Origin: a virus
Lineage: Duplodnaviria > Heunggongvirae > Uroviricota > Caudoviricetes
DNA length: 64,000 nucleotides
IMG/VR virus record: IMGVR_UViG_3300025942_000001
Direction: 5' to 3' (one strand)
A program made the translations under genes and the position numbers. Each line of letters opens with the position of its first letter. Position 1 is the stretch's first letter. The notes beneath the pieces are model-generated. The model worked only from the letters and a program-made list of their open reading frames with translations, searched no databases and was not told where the DNA came from. Below, in pieces: positions 21,257 to 32,037 of this stretch.

Positions 21257-22295
21257 AGTTTATAGTGCTGGTCAGATTGAAGCCATATTGAATGATATAG
21301 GTGTAGACGTAAGGGGGGAAACAGAGACAAATTTACTTTGTCTCTGTGTATTCCATAGAAATACTGATAGTCCAAGTTTGTCAATAGATAAAGATAAAGG
21401 TCTTTATTTATGTTTTTCTCCCATGTGTGATGCAAGAGGAACCCTGGTAAAGTTGGTCACCCATATGACCAATTCAAATCCTTTTGTCGTCAAGCGAATT
21501 ATTGACAGACATAAGACATCATCTGGTCCTATTGGCAAGCAGATAGAAGATTTACTTGATAAAAAGATTGAGCTTCCAACCTTTAACGTAGACACTATGA
21601 ATAGAATGGCTGATGATTTATGGGGATCACTTGGTCAAGACTATATGGTTGAACAAAGGAAGTTCAAGCCTGAAACCCTAGGTTATTTTGGTATCGGATA
21701 TTCTATTAGAAATGATATGCTTGCTATTCCACTACACGATTGGGATGCCAAATTAGTCGGTATAATCGGTAGATCCAGAATTGGTAAAGTGTTCAAGAAT
21801 TCAGATAAGTTACCAACAAGTAAACTTCTTTTCAATGCTCATAGGGCTAAGAAAATTGGTGATACGGTAATTGTTGTGGAATCTTCAATGGATGCTATGC
21901 GTGTACATCAAGCTGGATATCCAAATGTGGTTGCTACCAATGGTGGATTTTTCACCGAGTGGCATAAGCAAACATTAGATAGATATTTCAATACAATTAT
22001 TATCATGACTGATATGGATGATCCAGACAAACACAGATCTCCTTATTGTAATAAGTGTCCAAACACATGTCTAGGACATAATCCAGGCAGAGCACTGGGT
22101 GAAAAAATAATCAAGGCTCTACCATCAAAGAGAATTAGATGGGCTAGCTATGACTATCATATTGTATATCCGGATGGTGCAAAAGACGCCGGGGATATGA
22201 CAGATGAGCAAATTGCCCAATGTATTGATAATTCAATCAGCTCTATTGAGTGGGCCTTCTGGAAGCGACAGAATAAGCTCTTCTCTTTGATCTGA
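21249..22295 (+). CDS. DnaG-like DNA primase (zinc-binding domain plus TOPRIM)
   Basis: A CHC2-type zinc finger reads CLCVFHRNTDSPSLSI...CFSPMC. A TOPRIM-like segment VVESSMDAMRV...MTDMDDPD follows. Confidence 0.75.
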   Translation: MDEVYSAGQIEAILNDIGVDVRGETETNLLCLCVFHRNTDSPSLSIDKDKGLYLCFSPMCDARGTLVKLVTHMTNSNPFVVKRIIDRHKTSSGPIGKQIEDLLDKKIELPTFNVDTMNRMADDLWGSLGQDYMVEQRKFKPETLGYFGIGYSIRNDMLAIPLHDWDAKLVGIIGRSRIGKVFKNSDKLPTSKLLFNAHRAKKIGDTVIVVESSMDAMRVHQAGYPNVVATNGGFFTEWHKQTLDRYFNTIIIMTDMDDPDKHRSPYCNKCPNTCLGHNPGRALGEKIIKALPSKRIRWASYDYHIVYPDGAKDAGDMTDEQIAQCIDNSISSIEWAFWKRQNKLFSLI

Positions 22296-22374
22296 CGAAG
22301 TGGTATAATGGACTAGGCAGCTTAAGTAAAAGCCAAGCCATAAAACAATAAACATAGAAAAGGAAACAAATAAA

Positions 22375-23064
22375 ATGGCATTTTCACTAGATGATGTACT
22401 TCGTAAAAAGCGTGAAATTAAAGAACGTGCAGACCGTCCTACAGTTGATTGGTTTAGTCTTGCAAAGAGGAATCCGGTACGTATTAGATTCCGTCAGGAA
22501 ATCAGTGCAGATTCTGTAAACTACGATAGCAATAATGGTTCATTTGTATTTCTCAATGAGCACACTTCTCCTTACAACTTTATTCGTAGAGCTGAATGCT
22601 CTTATGATTCAGAAGGTCGCTGCTTTGGTTGTGAGATGGTAAAGGTAGAACCTGTAATTGAAATCGAAGGGCAAAAGAAGTATGGCGCTTGGGCTGCTAA
22701 GTCTAATCTATACACTTACATCGAAACAGAAGATAATGAAATCAAGGTTCTTTCTAGACCAGCACCAGGTACCTTCTTTGATCTAATTTATGGATTCCAT
22801 GACGGTGATGGTGAAGGTTCAATCACGCAACAGGAATTTGAAATCTCCAAGGGTCCTAAGCGTAACGATTCATGGAATCTTACTCCTAGGCTAAAGACTT
22901 CATTTGAGATTACTCAATCCGCAGAGTTGGCTGATTTAGCTACTGCCGTTAGTCGTAAGATTCCTTACGAAGAGCAGAAGAATTTCTATCTACCAGATGC
23001 TAAAAAGAATGAAACTCAAGCTCCCGCTTCACAAGCAGAAGCTGCTAAAAGTTTTGAATGGTAA
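22375..23064 (+). CDS. hypothetical protein, possibly a single-stranded DNA-binding protein
   Basis: It lies between the primase and polymerase genes. The C-terminus is acidic and ends in an aromatic residue. A strong RBS is present. There is no motif-level support. Confidence 0.3.
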   Translation: MAFSLDDVLRKKREIKERADRPTVDWFSLAKRNPVRIRFRQEISADSVNYDSNNGSFVFLNEHTSPYNFIRRAECSYDSEGRCFGCEMVKVEPVIEIEGQKKYGAWAAKSNLYTYIETEDNEIKVLSRPAPGTFFDLIYGFHDGDGEGSITQQEFEISKGPKRNDSWNLTPRLKTSFEITQSAELADLATAVSRKIPYEEQKNFYLPDAKKNETQAPASQAEAAKSFEW

Positions 23065-23074
23065 GATTGTTGTA

Positions 23075-23103
23075 GAACACCCCGCTTCGGCGGGGTGTTT
23101 CCA
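23075..23103 (+). terminator. Rho-independent terminator-like hairpin
   Basis: The sequence aacaccccgc-TTCG-gcggggtgtt forms a GC-rich stem of about 10 bp with a UUCG tetraloop, followed by TTCCATT. Confidence 0.6.
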
Positions 23104-23148
23104 TTAATAGACACAGGTCCACAGAGACCATTAAAAGGAGATTAAATA

Positions 23149-26100
23149 ATGTCTTTTCAAATCGCTGGTTTACATTGTCATTCAGAATATAGCCCACTAG
23201 ATGGTTTTTGTTCAACAGATGAAATGATGTCACAGGCTGTTGAAATTGGTATGCCAGCTATTTCCATTACAGATCATGGAACTTTGGCGGGGCACAGAAG
23301 TTTCCAGCGTTCAGCCTTGAAGTATAATGTTAAGCCAATTCTTGGCGAAGAGCTTTATTATTCAGAAACAGACAGATTTGACCGACGTGCAAAAACATCA
23401 CGACAAGACGGTACATCAGTTTATGTACATCTTATTGCTTTGGCTATGAATGACAAAGGTCTTCAGAATCTACAAGCTATCGATCGTGAAGCCTGGTTGG
23501 CATATTATAACAAGCCACGTATGGATTTTGAATTGCTTGAGCAGTACAATGAAGATATTATTTTCACCAGCGCGTGTATGGGTGGTCTTCTAAGTAAAGC
23601 TATGAACGAACGCCAGGATTATGAATATGCTTACGAGCAAGCAAAGAAATTCAAAGGTCTGCTAGGTGATCGTTATTATATTGAATTGCAAGGGCACAAT
23701 CCTGTTAAATTGAACTATGATCTGCTTGAGCTAGCAGATGAACTAAAGATCAAAGCTATTGTTGCGGAAGATAGTCATTACGCATCAGAAGACCAAAGAG
23801 TAATGGAAGAGATTTTTCTTATTCTTTCAACTCACCCTAAGATGGACAAGTCTTTCGACCTGGCTAAAGCTAGCAAGATGGAATTGATGGAACGTCTGGA
23901 TTACATTTATCCAGATTCAGCTCAAAAAGATGGCAAGCGTAGAATGAGCTTTAGAGATATCAATCTATTTATCGGGGGGTACGATTTGAGAAAAGCCGAA
24001 CTCGTAGAAACTGGTATCAATCGTGAAGACATCTTTGAAAATACTCTAGAGATCGCTGATCGTATTAGTGATTACACTTATCAAGAGGGGCTGGACACTC
24101 TACCAAAAATTAGCGATGATCCTAATAAAGTTCTTAGAGAAAAAGTATTTGCTGGTCTTAAAAAGCGTGGCCTGGATGAAAAGTCTGAGTATGTAAGCAG
24201 GGCAAACTATGAACTTAAAGTAATTGAAGACTTAAAATTTCCAACATACTTTTTGCTTGTTAGTGATGCAATGGATTTTGCTAATAAAATGGGTATTCGT
24301 TCAGGATTTGGTCGTGGAAGCGCCGCCGGATCACTTACATGTTATGCTACAGATATTACAGGCCTAGATCCTATTAAGAAGCACCTCCTATTTGAGAGAT
24401 TCCTTGATCCGGAACGTACTGACTATCCTGACGTAGACTGGGATATTCAAGATGACAGACGTGGTGAGATCAAACAATATCTAGCTGATAAGTATGGTCA
24501 CGTTGCCAGCATTACAAATATCAATCGTTATAAGGGCAAGAAAGCACTAAAGGATGCAGCTCGTGCCCTTGGTGTACCTTATGCAGAAATCAATAAAGCT
24601 ATTAAGTCTATTGAAGGTATCGATGAAATCACTGGGCATGATGTTGTTGCAGAATTCAGAGAAGCTGCAAAGAAGTTCTGTCTGAAGTATCCAGAAGTAC
24701 CGGATATTGCTGAAAAGCTCTTTGGTAAGATTAATGGGTATGGTATGCACGCCGCTGGTGTAGTTGTTGCGGACAGAGCTATTGCTGATTATGCTCCTAT
24801 TGAAACTAGAAAACAAACAGGTTCAGATCAACGCATTGAAGTAGTGGCACTTGATAAAAATGAATGTGAATCTCTAGGTCTGATTAAGATCGATCTTCTA
24901 GGTCTGAAGACATTGACTGTTATTGAAGATGCCATTAATTTGATTAGACAGAATCAAGGTATCGCTATTAACCTTGAGCATATTAATTATGAAGATGAAG
25001 ATGTTTATCACATGCTTGGTCAAGGCAGAACACTTGGAGTATTTCAATGTGAAGCTGCACCTTATACTAAACTATTGATGAACATGGGTTGTAATGACTT
25101 CAATGATCTAACAGTATCGAATGCGTTGGTTCGACCGGGTGCTTGGAATGCTATTGGTAAAGATTATATTAGCGCTAAGCTTGGTAAGACAAAAGGTATT
25201 CAGATTCATAAGGATGTTTCAAATTTTATGGATGAAACATTTGGATATCCAGTTTATCAGGAACAAATGATGAAGCTGTCAGTAGATCTTGCTGGTTTCA
25301 CTGTTGGTGAATCAAATGCACTTCGCCGTGGTATTGGTAAGAAAAAACGTGAAGTAATTGATACATTTAAGCCTAAGTTTGTCATGGGTGCTCAAAAGAA
25401 AGTAACAAAAGAAGTCGCTGAAAAGCTTTGGACTTCATTTGAGGAATCAGGGGCATATGCTTTTAACAAATCTCACGCCGTTGCTTATTCAATGCTTTCA
25501 TATCAGACCGCATGGTTGAAATATCATTATCCTCTTGAATACATGTGTGCTTTGCTTCGTAATGAAGATAATAGAGAAAACATCACGGATTATCTGCTTG
25601 AGTGTAAGCAAATGAATATTCGTATTAGATTGCCACACATTTCCAGTTCTAATACAACATTCTCTATTGAAGATACAGCGTTGAGAATGGGTTTGTCCGG
25701 GGTTAAGTATATCTCTGACACTTTAGCTCAAAGAATTATTAGTGGACGTCCATACGCAAACTATAAAGAGTTTAGAGAGTATGCTATGACTAAAGGAAGT
25801 GGTCTTAACAGCAGAGTTCTATCAGCTCTTAATGCTTTTGGCGGCGCATCATTCGATGACAATCCAGTACCAGAAGATTTTAAAAAGAATCTATATGAGT
25901 ATCTTGGCGTGCCAGCCTTCGATACGGATATGATCACTCAAAGAATGAAAGATCAAATCACTCCATTGGAAGAATATATGGATGATGAAACTTTTATTGT
26001 TATGGGAATGGTCAAAGCAATCAAGCGTGGTGAAGGCTGGGCCAGAGTTGATATGGTAGACTCATCAGGAACTGCTGGTGCTTTTGCCGATCAAGACATT

Positions 26101-26457
26101 GAAGTCGTTAAGGGAAAGATGTACTTGTTTTTGATCGGTAATAACAGTATCATGAAGTACATTGACTTGGAAGAAGTAAACGAAGCAGATGACATTGTAC
26201 TTGATTATCTACGCAGACCAATATTAGAAGATATTGTTGAAGGACAATATAAGATTCTTTATGCAAAGGCAAAAACTACTAAAAATGGTAAGAAAATTGC
26301 TAATCTAGTTGTCTGTGATTTCGAAAAGAATCTTCAAACGTTAATGGTATTCGAAAAGAATATTCAAATGGTTAGAATGACTTGTAAGATTGGCTCTGTA
26401 AGAGCATTGGATATCAAAGAATATAAAGGGACTAAGTTTATTAATGGAGCAAGCTAA
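23149..26457 (+). CDS. dnaE: DNA polymerase III alpha subunit (DnaE-type, PHP domain plus polymerase core)
   Basis: The N-terminal PHP motif reads LHCHSEYSPLDGF. The polymerase core shows GIRSGFGRGSAAGSLTCYATDIT and a DnaE-like segment FDLLGLKTL. The protein is 1102 aa. Confidence 0.9.
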   Translation: MSFQIAGLHCHSEYSPLDGFCSTDEMMSQAVEIGMPAISITDHGTLAGHRSFQRSALKYNVKPILGEELYYSETDRFDRRAKTSRQDGTSVYVHLIALAMNDKGLQNLQAIDREAWLAYYNKPRMDFELLEQYNEDIIFTSACMGGLLSKAMNERQDYEYAYEQAKKFKGLLGDRYYIELQGHNPVKLNYDLLELADELKIKAIVAEDSHYASEDQRVMEEIFLILSTHPKMDKSFDLAKASKMELMERLDYIYPDSAQKDGKRRMSFRDINLFIGGYDLRKAELVETGINREDIFENTLEIADRISDYTYQEGLDTLPKISDDPNKVLREKVFAGLKKRGLDEKSEYVSRANYELKVIEDLKFPTYFLLVSDAMDFANKMGIRSGFGRGSAAGSLTCYATDITGLDPIKKHLLFERFLDPERTDYPDVDWDIQDDRRGEIKQYLADKYGHVASITNINRYKGKKALKDAARALGVPYAEINKAIKSIEGIDEITGHDVVAEFREAAKKFCLKYPEVPDIAEKLFGKINGYGMHAAGVVVADRAIADYAPIETRKQTGSDQRIEVVALDKNECESLGLIKIDLLGLKTLTVIEDAINLIRQNQGIAINLEHINYEDEDVYHMLGQGRTLGVFQCEAAPYTKLLMNMGCNDFNDLTVSNALVRPGAWNAIGKDYISAKLGKTKGIQIHKDVSNFMDETFGYPVYQEQMMKLSVDLAGFTVGESNALRRGIGKKKREVIDTFKPKFVMGAQKKVTKEVAEKLWTSFEESGAYAFNKSHAVAYSMLSYQTAWLKYHYPLEYMCALLRNEDNRENITDYLLECKQMNIRIRLPHISSSNTTFSIEDTALRMGLSGVKYISDTLAQRIISGRPYANYKEFREYAMTKGSGLNSRVLSALNAFGGASFDDNPVPEDFKKNLYEYLGVPAFDTDMITQRMKDQITPLEEYMDDETFIVMGMVKAIKRGEGWARVDMVDSSGTAGAFADQDIEVVKGKMYLFLIGNNSIMKYIDLEEVNEADDIVLDYLRRPILEDIVEGQYKILYAKAKTTKNGKKIANLVVCDFEKNLQTLMVFEKNIQMVRMTCKIGSVRALDIKEYKGTKFINGAS

Positions 26458-26665
26458 TTTACAGGGTGCGCTCATACCCTATTTATTTCATGAGCTTTTA
26501 GACAGACATGGTGGCACAATAGAATTTGACGCCGCGAAGATTAAAGATTCAGTAAGTTCTAAGGAAGATCGTGGAGTTGCCATCAGCATTGTTGATGGCA
26601 TTCTCATAGTAAAACTAATAGATAAGGATGATATGGATGCAGATGAGAATCAAGCTTCTAAGTGA
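26444..26665 (+). CDS. hypothetical protein
   Basis: ORF of 73 aa. Confidence 0.3.
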   Translation: MEQANLQGALIPYLFHELLDRHGGTIEFDAAKIKDSVSSKEDRGVAISIVDGILIVKLIDKDDMDADENQASK

Positions 26666-27074
26666 AAGTGCTTTACCGCCAAGATATGCTCAACCAGGCG
26701 ACGCCGGTGCAGATTTGTTTTCTGACGAAGATGCAATCGTACATGCACGTGGACAAAAGTTAATTAGAACAGGCGTGGCATTTGAAATTCCAGAAGGATA
26801 CTTTGGTTTAGTCAGACCACGATCTGGTCTTGCTACCAAATATGGAATCGGCATGAATAGTTCTGGTGTTATCGACTCAGGATATCGTGGTGAAGTATCT
26901 GTAACTCTGATGAACCACACAGATGCCAATTATATGGTTAATAAGTGTGACAGGATCGCCCAGATATTAATTCTGCCAGTAGAGTACGTCACGTTTAATA
27001 CAGTGTCTCAGTTGTCAGATAGTGACCGTGGAACGCATGGTTATGGAAGCACAGGTTACCAGCAATGGGCATAG
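26628..27074 (+). CDS. dut: dUTP diphosphatase
   Basis: All the classic dUTPase motifs are present: AGADL, RPRSGLATKYGI, GVIDSGYRGEV and the C-terminal RGTHGYGSTG. Confidence 0.85.
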   Translation: MIWMQMRIKLLSESALPPRYAQPGDAGADLFSDEDAIVHARGQKLIRTGVAFEIPEGYFGLVRPRSGLATKYGIGMNSSGVIDSGYRGEVSVTLMNHTDANYMVNKCDRIAQILILPVEYVTFNTVSQLSDSDRGTHGYGSTGYQQWA

Positions 27075-28060
27075 AAGAAATTATGGCTAAGCTTGATAAA
27101 AAGACAAGAGATAGAGTAGAAGCTGCTTCCAATAGAAATATTGAAAAGCTTGAGCTTGCCAGCATTGGTTTGAATAATGCGCTTCTCGGCGGTATAGGAA
27201 TGGGAAGACAGACTCTAGTATGGGGTAATAAATCTGCTGGTAAATCATCAATGTGTTTGCAATCAGTAGGTATGGCACAAAAGCAAGGAAAGACATGCGC
27301 ATGGATTGATTCAGAATCCAGCTTTGATCCTGTATGGGCAGAAAAGCTTGGTGTCGATACTACACAACTTATTGTTTCACCAGCTAAAGATATTGATAGT
27401 TGGACACTTACAATTTGCGAGCTTATGAAACATGGCGTTGATGCAATTGTGGCTGATTCTATCTCCTCATTGATTCCTTCAACATACTTTGAAAAAGGTG
27501 AAGAACTCAAAGAAGGTCTTGAGGGTACTAAGCAGATTGGTACGATGTCAAAGGAGCTTGGTATTGCTGTAAATAAATTCAATTATATGAATAAAAATAC
27601 AGCATTGGTATTGATTTCACAGGCCAGAAATAAGTTCAATACTTATGGCGCTCAGCTTCAGCCTATGGGTGGAGAAGCAATGAAGTTCTATTCAAGCACC
27701 GTTATTAAACTATGGTCTTCGGCATCCGAACGCGAACAGATTACTGCCGATATAAAGAGAAACGATAAAATAGTTAGTAAGCCTGTCGGACGTCCAGTCA
27801 ACTTTACTGTTGAATTCAATAAAATTGGCCCACCAAATCAAATGGGAATGTATGACTTCTATTATGCTGGTGATCATGTTGGAGTAGATCAAATTGGTGA
27901 AATAGCCGATCTAGCCGAAAAGTCTGGCATCATTAATAAGGGTGGAGCATGGTATTCTTATGGTGAAGAAAAGTTCCAAGGCAGACAAAAGATGGTTACA
28001 TGGTTGAGAGATAATCCAATTATTGCCGAAGAAATAGCGCAGAAGGTGCTAAATGCCTGA
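27065..28060 (+). CDS. RecA-family recombinase (RecA/UvsX/Sak4-like)
   Basis: The Walker A motif reads GNKSAGKSS. Architecture is RecA-like, with an L1/L2-like region. The protein is 331 aa. Confidence 0.65.
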   Translation: MGIEEIMAKLDKKTRDRVEAASNRNIEKLELASIGLNNALLGGIGMGRQTLVWGNKSAGKSSMCLQSVGMAQKQGKTCAWIDSESSFDPVWAEKLGVDTTQLIVSPAKDIDSWTLTICELMKHGVDAIVADSISSLIPSTYFEKGEELKEGLEGTKQIGTMSKELGIAVNKFNYMNKNTALVLISQARNKFNTYGAQLQPMGGEAMKFYSSTVIKLWSSASEREQITADIKRNDKIVSKPVGRPVNFTVEFNKIGPPNQMGMYDFYYAGDHVGVDQIGEIADLAEKSGIINKGGAWYSYGEEKFQGRQKMVTWLRDNPIIAEEIAQKVLNA

Positions 28061-28256
28061 ATTCATTCAAGGAAAGGGTGCACCTAAAAAGGCACCCGAC
28101 CTTATAGAAGTAGATATTGATTCAGCGTGTGAAAAATGCTTTGCACCCGCTGATAAAGTGTACTATAATAAGGTCAATAAGACACTAATTGTTATATGTC
28201 CAAGTGAACATGAAACAATTTTACAAGGGAATTGGGGTTGGATTATAAATGGCTGA
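28053..28256 (+). CDS. hypothetical protein
   Basis: ORF of 67 aa. Confidence 0.3.
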   Translation: MPEFIQGKGAPKKAPDLIEVDIDSACEKCFAPADKVYYNKVNKTLIVICPSEHETILQGNWGWIING

Positions 28257-28563
28257 CGCAAGATCAGAAAAAGACGAGATCAGAAAAATGGGTGGAATTC
28301 CACAACCTAATTCTGGCCGGGGTAAATACAAAAAAGGCGATGCTGTTCTAGGTCCTTTTATTGTAGATGTAAAAGAAGCAAAGAAGTCTTTTAATCTAAA
28401 TCAAAAAGTATGGGCTAAGGTATGCTCTGACGCTGCCAAGCATCTCCAAGAACCGGCATTAATGGTTGCCATTGGCGAAGACAATGACACTATACGAACA
28501 TGGATTATTGGAGATGTCATGTTCCACCAGATGCTAGAAGAGTGGTCGAAGAAATATGGATGA
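28249..28563 (+). CDS. hypothetical protein
   Basis: ORF of 104 aa. Confidence 0.35.
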   Translation: MADARSEKDEIRKMGGIPQPNSGRGKYKKGDAVLGPFIVDVKEAKKSFNLNQKVWAKVCSDAAKHLQEPALMVAIGEDNDTIRTWIIGDVMFHQMLEEWSKKYG

Positions 28564-28882
28564 TACGCTATCACTAGTTTCTAAAATTACAGAGATCAAC
28601 GACCTTTCTAATTTTCTTAAAGATCCAGACTTCGATGAGGCTATGGACTTGGTTATTAAATTAACGGTAAAGCCTTATATGGAACCAGAGAAAGCAAGAC
28701 ATTTAATTGTCAAACTTCAAGCTCTTAGCACAAAGTATGCGGTATTAGCTGTGACCTACACAACTATTCTTAGAGATAAAGCTGGTACGGATAATAATCA
28801 CAAAAAGAATATTTACTATACTCTTAAAGAAGCATTGGATAAATTAGTTGATGGACTAAAATATCAGGCAAGGACGCTGTGA
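28556..28882 (+). CDS. hypothetical protein
   Basis: ORF of 108 aa. Confidence 0.35.
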   Translation: MDDTLSLVSKITEINDLSNFLKDPDFDEAMDLVIKLTVKPYMEPEKARHLIVKLQALSTKYAVLAVTYTTILRDKAGTDNNHKKNIYYTLKEALDKLVDGLKYQARTL

Positions 28883-28883
28883 T

Positions 28884-29654
28884 ATGAGTCAGTTTGCAAA
28901 TCTATGGTTTGACAAAACACCATATGGCTTAGAGAGCCTGGCCAAAATATTAGATGCCAGTTATTCCGATGCAACAAATAAAAATGAGCATATTAAAAAA
29001 GAAAGATTCTCACCATCATCAGTTGGATATGGTTCTGGTAAGTGTCCTAGAAGATGGGTACTTGCATTTAATGGTGCAGATTTTGTAGAAGAGTACACTT
29101 CTAAATCAGTTGACAATATGTCCGCTGGTACTTCAGCACATGAAAGAATTCAAGCTAATTTCGGCAATAGTAAATTAGAGGTTGAAATTGAAAAAGAGAT
29201 AAAGAATGACGATCCTCCAATCAGAGGGTTTGTCGATTTAATTATCAAGAATTACAATGGACATAATATAGTTGTTGAAATTAAGACTACAAGAACTGAA
29301 GCATGGCGATCAAGGATGGTAAAAAACGCGGGGCCGGAGTATCAGGTTCTTCAACTTCTAATCTATCTATATATCCTTGATGAGAAATATGGAGTGCTTC
29401 TATATGAAGATAAGAATGACCATCAGAAACTCTTGATCCCAGTCGAGATGACAGATGCCAATAGAGATAAAGTAGAAGGTGTCTTTGATTGGATGAGAAT
29501 GGTCTTTGCAGCATATAAAGAAGGAAAGCTTCCAAAGAATCCTTTTAGATCGAATTCTAAAATCTGTAAAGAATGTCCAATCCAGAAATGGTGTTTTATT
29601 CAACCGGAGGGGGACACTGATATTCCAGTATTAAAATATGAAGACGAAGACTGA
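28884..29654 (+). CDS. Cas4/RecB-like PD-(D/E)XK exonuclease with a Cys cluster
   Basis: The D...E-K catalytic motif reads VDLIIK...VVEIKTT. A QhxxY motif reads YQVLQLLIYLY. An N-terminal Cys in GKCPRRW plus the C-terminal CKECPIQKWC resemble a Cas4 Fe-S cluster. Confidence 0.6.
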   Translation: MSQFANLWFDKTPYGLESLAKILDASYSDATNKNEHIKKERFSPSSVGYGSGKCPRRWVLAFNGADFVEEYTSKSVDNMSAGTSAHERIQANFGNSKLEVEIEKEIKNDDPPIRGFVDLIIKNYNGHNIVVEIKTTRTEAWRSRMVKNAGPEYQVLQLLIYLYILDEKYGVLLYEDKNDHQKLLIPVEMTDANRDKVEGVFDWMRMVFAAYKEGKLPKNPFRSNSKICKECPIQKWCFIQPEGDTDIPVLKYEDED

Positions 29655-29949
29655 TTCAGAAATAATTTGTGTTTGGTGCGGCGAATCGTTTATAAAACGC
29701 CGCCCAAATATGATCTATTGTAAAAAAGAATGCTGTAATGCGGCTACTAATAAAAAGCTTATAGAAAGATATCACGAAAATAAACAAAGGCGAAGAGAAA
29801 TAAATAGAGTTTGTATTAAATGCGACTCTAGATTGTCAAGATATAATCAAGATGATGTTTGTCATTCCTGTCAAATAAAAGAGACAGATAGTGAAAAAAT
29901 TGATCTTTTGCGTAGTCTTGGATTTTCTTATGTGGATGAAAATGAATAA
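29638..29949 (+). CDS. zinc-ribbon protein
   Basis: Cys pairs CVWCG...CKKECC...CIKCD...CHSC. Confidence 0.4.
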   Translation: MKTKTDSEIICVWCGESFIKRRPNMIYCKKECCNAATNKKLIERYHENKQRRREINRVCIKCDSRLSRYNQDDVCHSCQIKETDSEKIDLLRSLGFSYVDENE

Positions 29950-29962
29950 TAAATTTCCTACT

Positions 29963-30478
29963 ATGGGACTAGACTGTTCAACCAACAGTCTAGCCTATTC
30001 GTTTGTCCATAATGGTAAATTATTAAAATATGGTGAAATATTCTTTAAAGGTAATGATGTTTACCATCGAGCGTCTGATGCTCGTAAGAAAATTGAATCA
30101 ATTAAACATGAATTTCAAATGTCTTCAATTGCTATAGAAAAAACTATTTTCGTTAGATCTATAGATACTGCTATAAAAATGGCGTTCGTCGCAGGTACCG
30201 TTATTAGTTGTTTAATAGATGATAATATCAGTGTGGTTGAGATCAATCCACTTAGTTGGCAGTCTGGAATAGGTAATCCTAATCTTACTGCAAGAGAAAA
30301 GGCTGAGATTCAACACGATTTTCCGGGAAAAAGTAAGAATTGGTATATGGCAAAAAACAGAGATATAAGAAAGAATAGAACCAGACAATGGGTAAGGAGT
30401 ACGTTCAACATAGATATTGAATCGGATAATATAACCGATGCTATCGGTTTAGCATTCTATGTTGACAATAAAAGATGA
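29963..30478 (+). CDS. RuvC-like Holliday junction resolvase
   Basis: The N-terminus MGLDCSTNSLAYSFV matches the RuvC catalytic Asp motif. The C-terminus reads ITDAIGLAFY. The track places an alternative start at 29891 in the same frame. Confidence 0.55.
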   Translation: MGLDCSTNSLAYSFVHNGKLLKYGEIFFKGNDVYHRASDARKKIESIKHEFQMSSIAIEKTIFVRSIDTAIKMAFVAGTVISCLIDDNISVVEINPLSWQSGIGNPNLTAREKAEIQHDFPGKSKNWYMAKNRDIRKNRTRQWVRSTFNIDIESDNITDAIGLAFYVDNKR

Positions 30479-30619
30479 AAAGAATAAAAATATATCAAAG
30501 CGAGGCATGGCTTAAAATGAATTTTCTTACAAAAGGTTATTCAATAAAAGAAATGGCAGCCATAGCTAGATGCTCTGAGAATACAATTAGAGAGAATCTT
30601 AAAAAGTATGGTCTGATCA

Positions 30620-31351
30620 ATGATTGATTATGCGATTATAACAATAGATGACTCAAGGTTCTATAAGAAGGTTTGGATAAGACAGCGTTTCATTAGAACA
30701 AATGAAGCAAATATAGATTTTGTTAATGGAAAAGATCCAGTTGAACTTGGCAAGGCTAAACGTAAATGGCATGATGTAGAAACGCCAGGACCGTTTAAAG
30801 CCGGTGAGTTTGGTATATTCTACTCAGTTCTTAACTGTCTTGAATATGGTGCCGAAAATGATGGTATTATATACTTTGAAGACGACGCCATGCCGTGTGC
30901 TGACTTTGAGCAACGTGCTCACGATTATTTAGCAGCCTTACCAGAACATGCCGATTTATTAGCACTATGGTCACCAGCCAACCAGCAGGGTGATTACATG
31001 GCTGTCAGTGGCTATAATGATGGCGGAGAGCCAAGCTATGAACCACATCAAAGGTCTATCTTTGACTTTGGACATGATGAATTAACAGGATTATGGCAAG
31101 GGTATGGAAATGTCAGTATGGCATTTACCAAACAGGGAAGCCGTAAAGCATTGGATTATATTAAGCGCAGAGGTTTCTTTTCACCCATAGATTGTTTGCT
31201 ATGTATTGCATCTCATACTGGTGAACTTAATTCATATGCTTTAAAGCCGGGTGTAAGAAATTTAATAGATTATGACTGGGATGCACCAACAACAATACAT
31301 GCCTCCAAATGGGGCTCTATACAGGAATTAACAAAAATGGAGAATAAATGA
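30620..31351 (+). CDS. putative glycosyltransferase (family 25-like)
   Basis: A DD motif in FEDDAMP and an N-terminal fold like the GT-A family. The assignment is weak. Confidence 0.35.
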   Translation: MIDYAIITIDDSRFYKKVWIRQRFIRTNEANIDFVNGKDPVELGKAKRKWHDVETPGPFKAGEFGIFYSVLNCLEYGAENDGIIYFEDDAMPCADFEQRAHDYLAALPEHADLLALWSPANQQGDYMAVSGYNDGGEPSYEPHQRSIFDFGHDELTGLWQGYGNVSMAFTKQGSRKALDYIKRRGFFSPIDCLLCIASHTGELNSYALKPGVRNLIDYDWDAPTTIHASKWGSIQELTKMENK

Positions 31352-32037
31352 ATGACATGGCTTTAATCGTTCCATCAAGAGGACGACCAAATAATATTGA
31401 AAGACTTTATGGTGCATTAAAAAGAACAGAGTCACTAGTTGACTTGCATGTTGGTATCGATTCAGATGATCCAGAAATTAGTAAATATGCAGAGGTAGCT
31501 TTTGGTAAAGACGATCTCAAATTAATAGTCAGTGAAAAACGTGAGAGATTTGGTCCAACACTTAATAGAATATCAGTATCTATCTGTGATGATTATGATT
31601 ACTTGGCGTGGATGGGTGATGATCATCTTCCAATTACAAAACATTGGGATCAGAGATATAGAGAAGAACTAGATAATGGCGCAGGCATTGTTTATGGTAA
31701 TGATCTTATTATGGGGCAATCAATTGCGACTCAACTAGCATTTACACCAGATATCGTTAGGGCACTAGGTCGAGCACTACCAGAAGATTTTATTCATTTG
31801 TATATTGATAATTATTTCATGGTTCTTGGTGATCAAATTGGTGGTTCAGTATATTTGGAAGATGTTATCGTTCAACATTTACATCCGGTGGCCGGTAGAG
31901 CAGAAGAAGATCTAACTTATAGAGAAGCCAATTCAAAAGAGAATTGGTCAAATGACAAGAGAGTCTTTGAGGAATATATAATTCATGAATTGCCAAATGA
32001 TATAGAAAAGATTGAGTATTATAGAGGTCAAAAGTGA
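31348..32037 (+). CDS. putative glycosyltransferase (GT-A fold)
   Basis: The N-terminus ALIVPSRGRP resembles the start of family 2 glycosyltransferases. A DxD-like motif reads WMGDDH. Confidence 0.4.
   Translation: MNDMALIVPSRGRPNNIERLYGALKRTESLVDLHVGIDSDDPEISKYAEVAFGKDDLKLIVSEKRERFGPTLNRISVSICDDYDYLAWMGDDHLPITKHWDQRYREELDNGAGIVYGNDLIMGQSIATQLAFTPDIVRALGRALPEDFIHLYIDNYFMVLGDQIGGSVYLEDVIVQHLHPVAGRAEEDLTYREANSKENWSNDKRVFEEYIIHELPNDIEKIEYYRGQK

Noticed and set aside
22375-23064. Confident SSB annotation
   Set aside because: Only positional and C-terminal-tail evidence supports it. No OB-fold motifs can be recognised by eye, so confidence is kept low.
26995-27582. Minus-strand ORF of 195 aa
   Set aside because: It lies entirely antisense to the 3' end of the dUTPase gene and to the RecA-like gene, which has a Walker A motif. 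It is Ser/Leu-rich low complexity.
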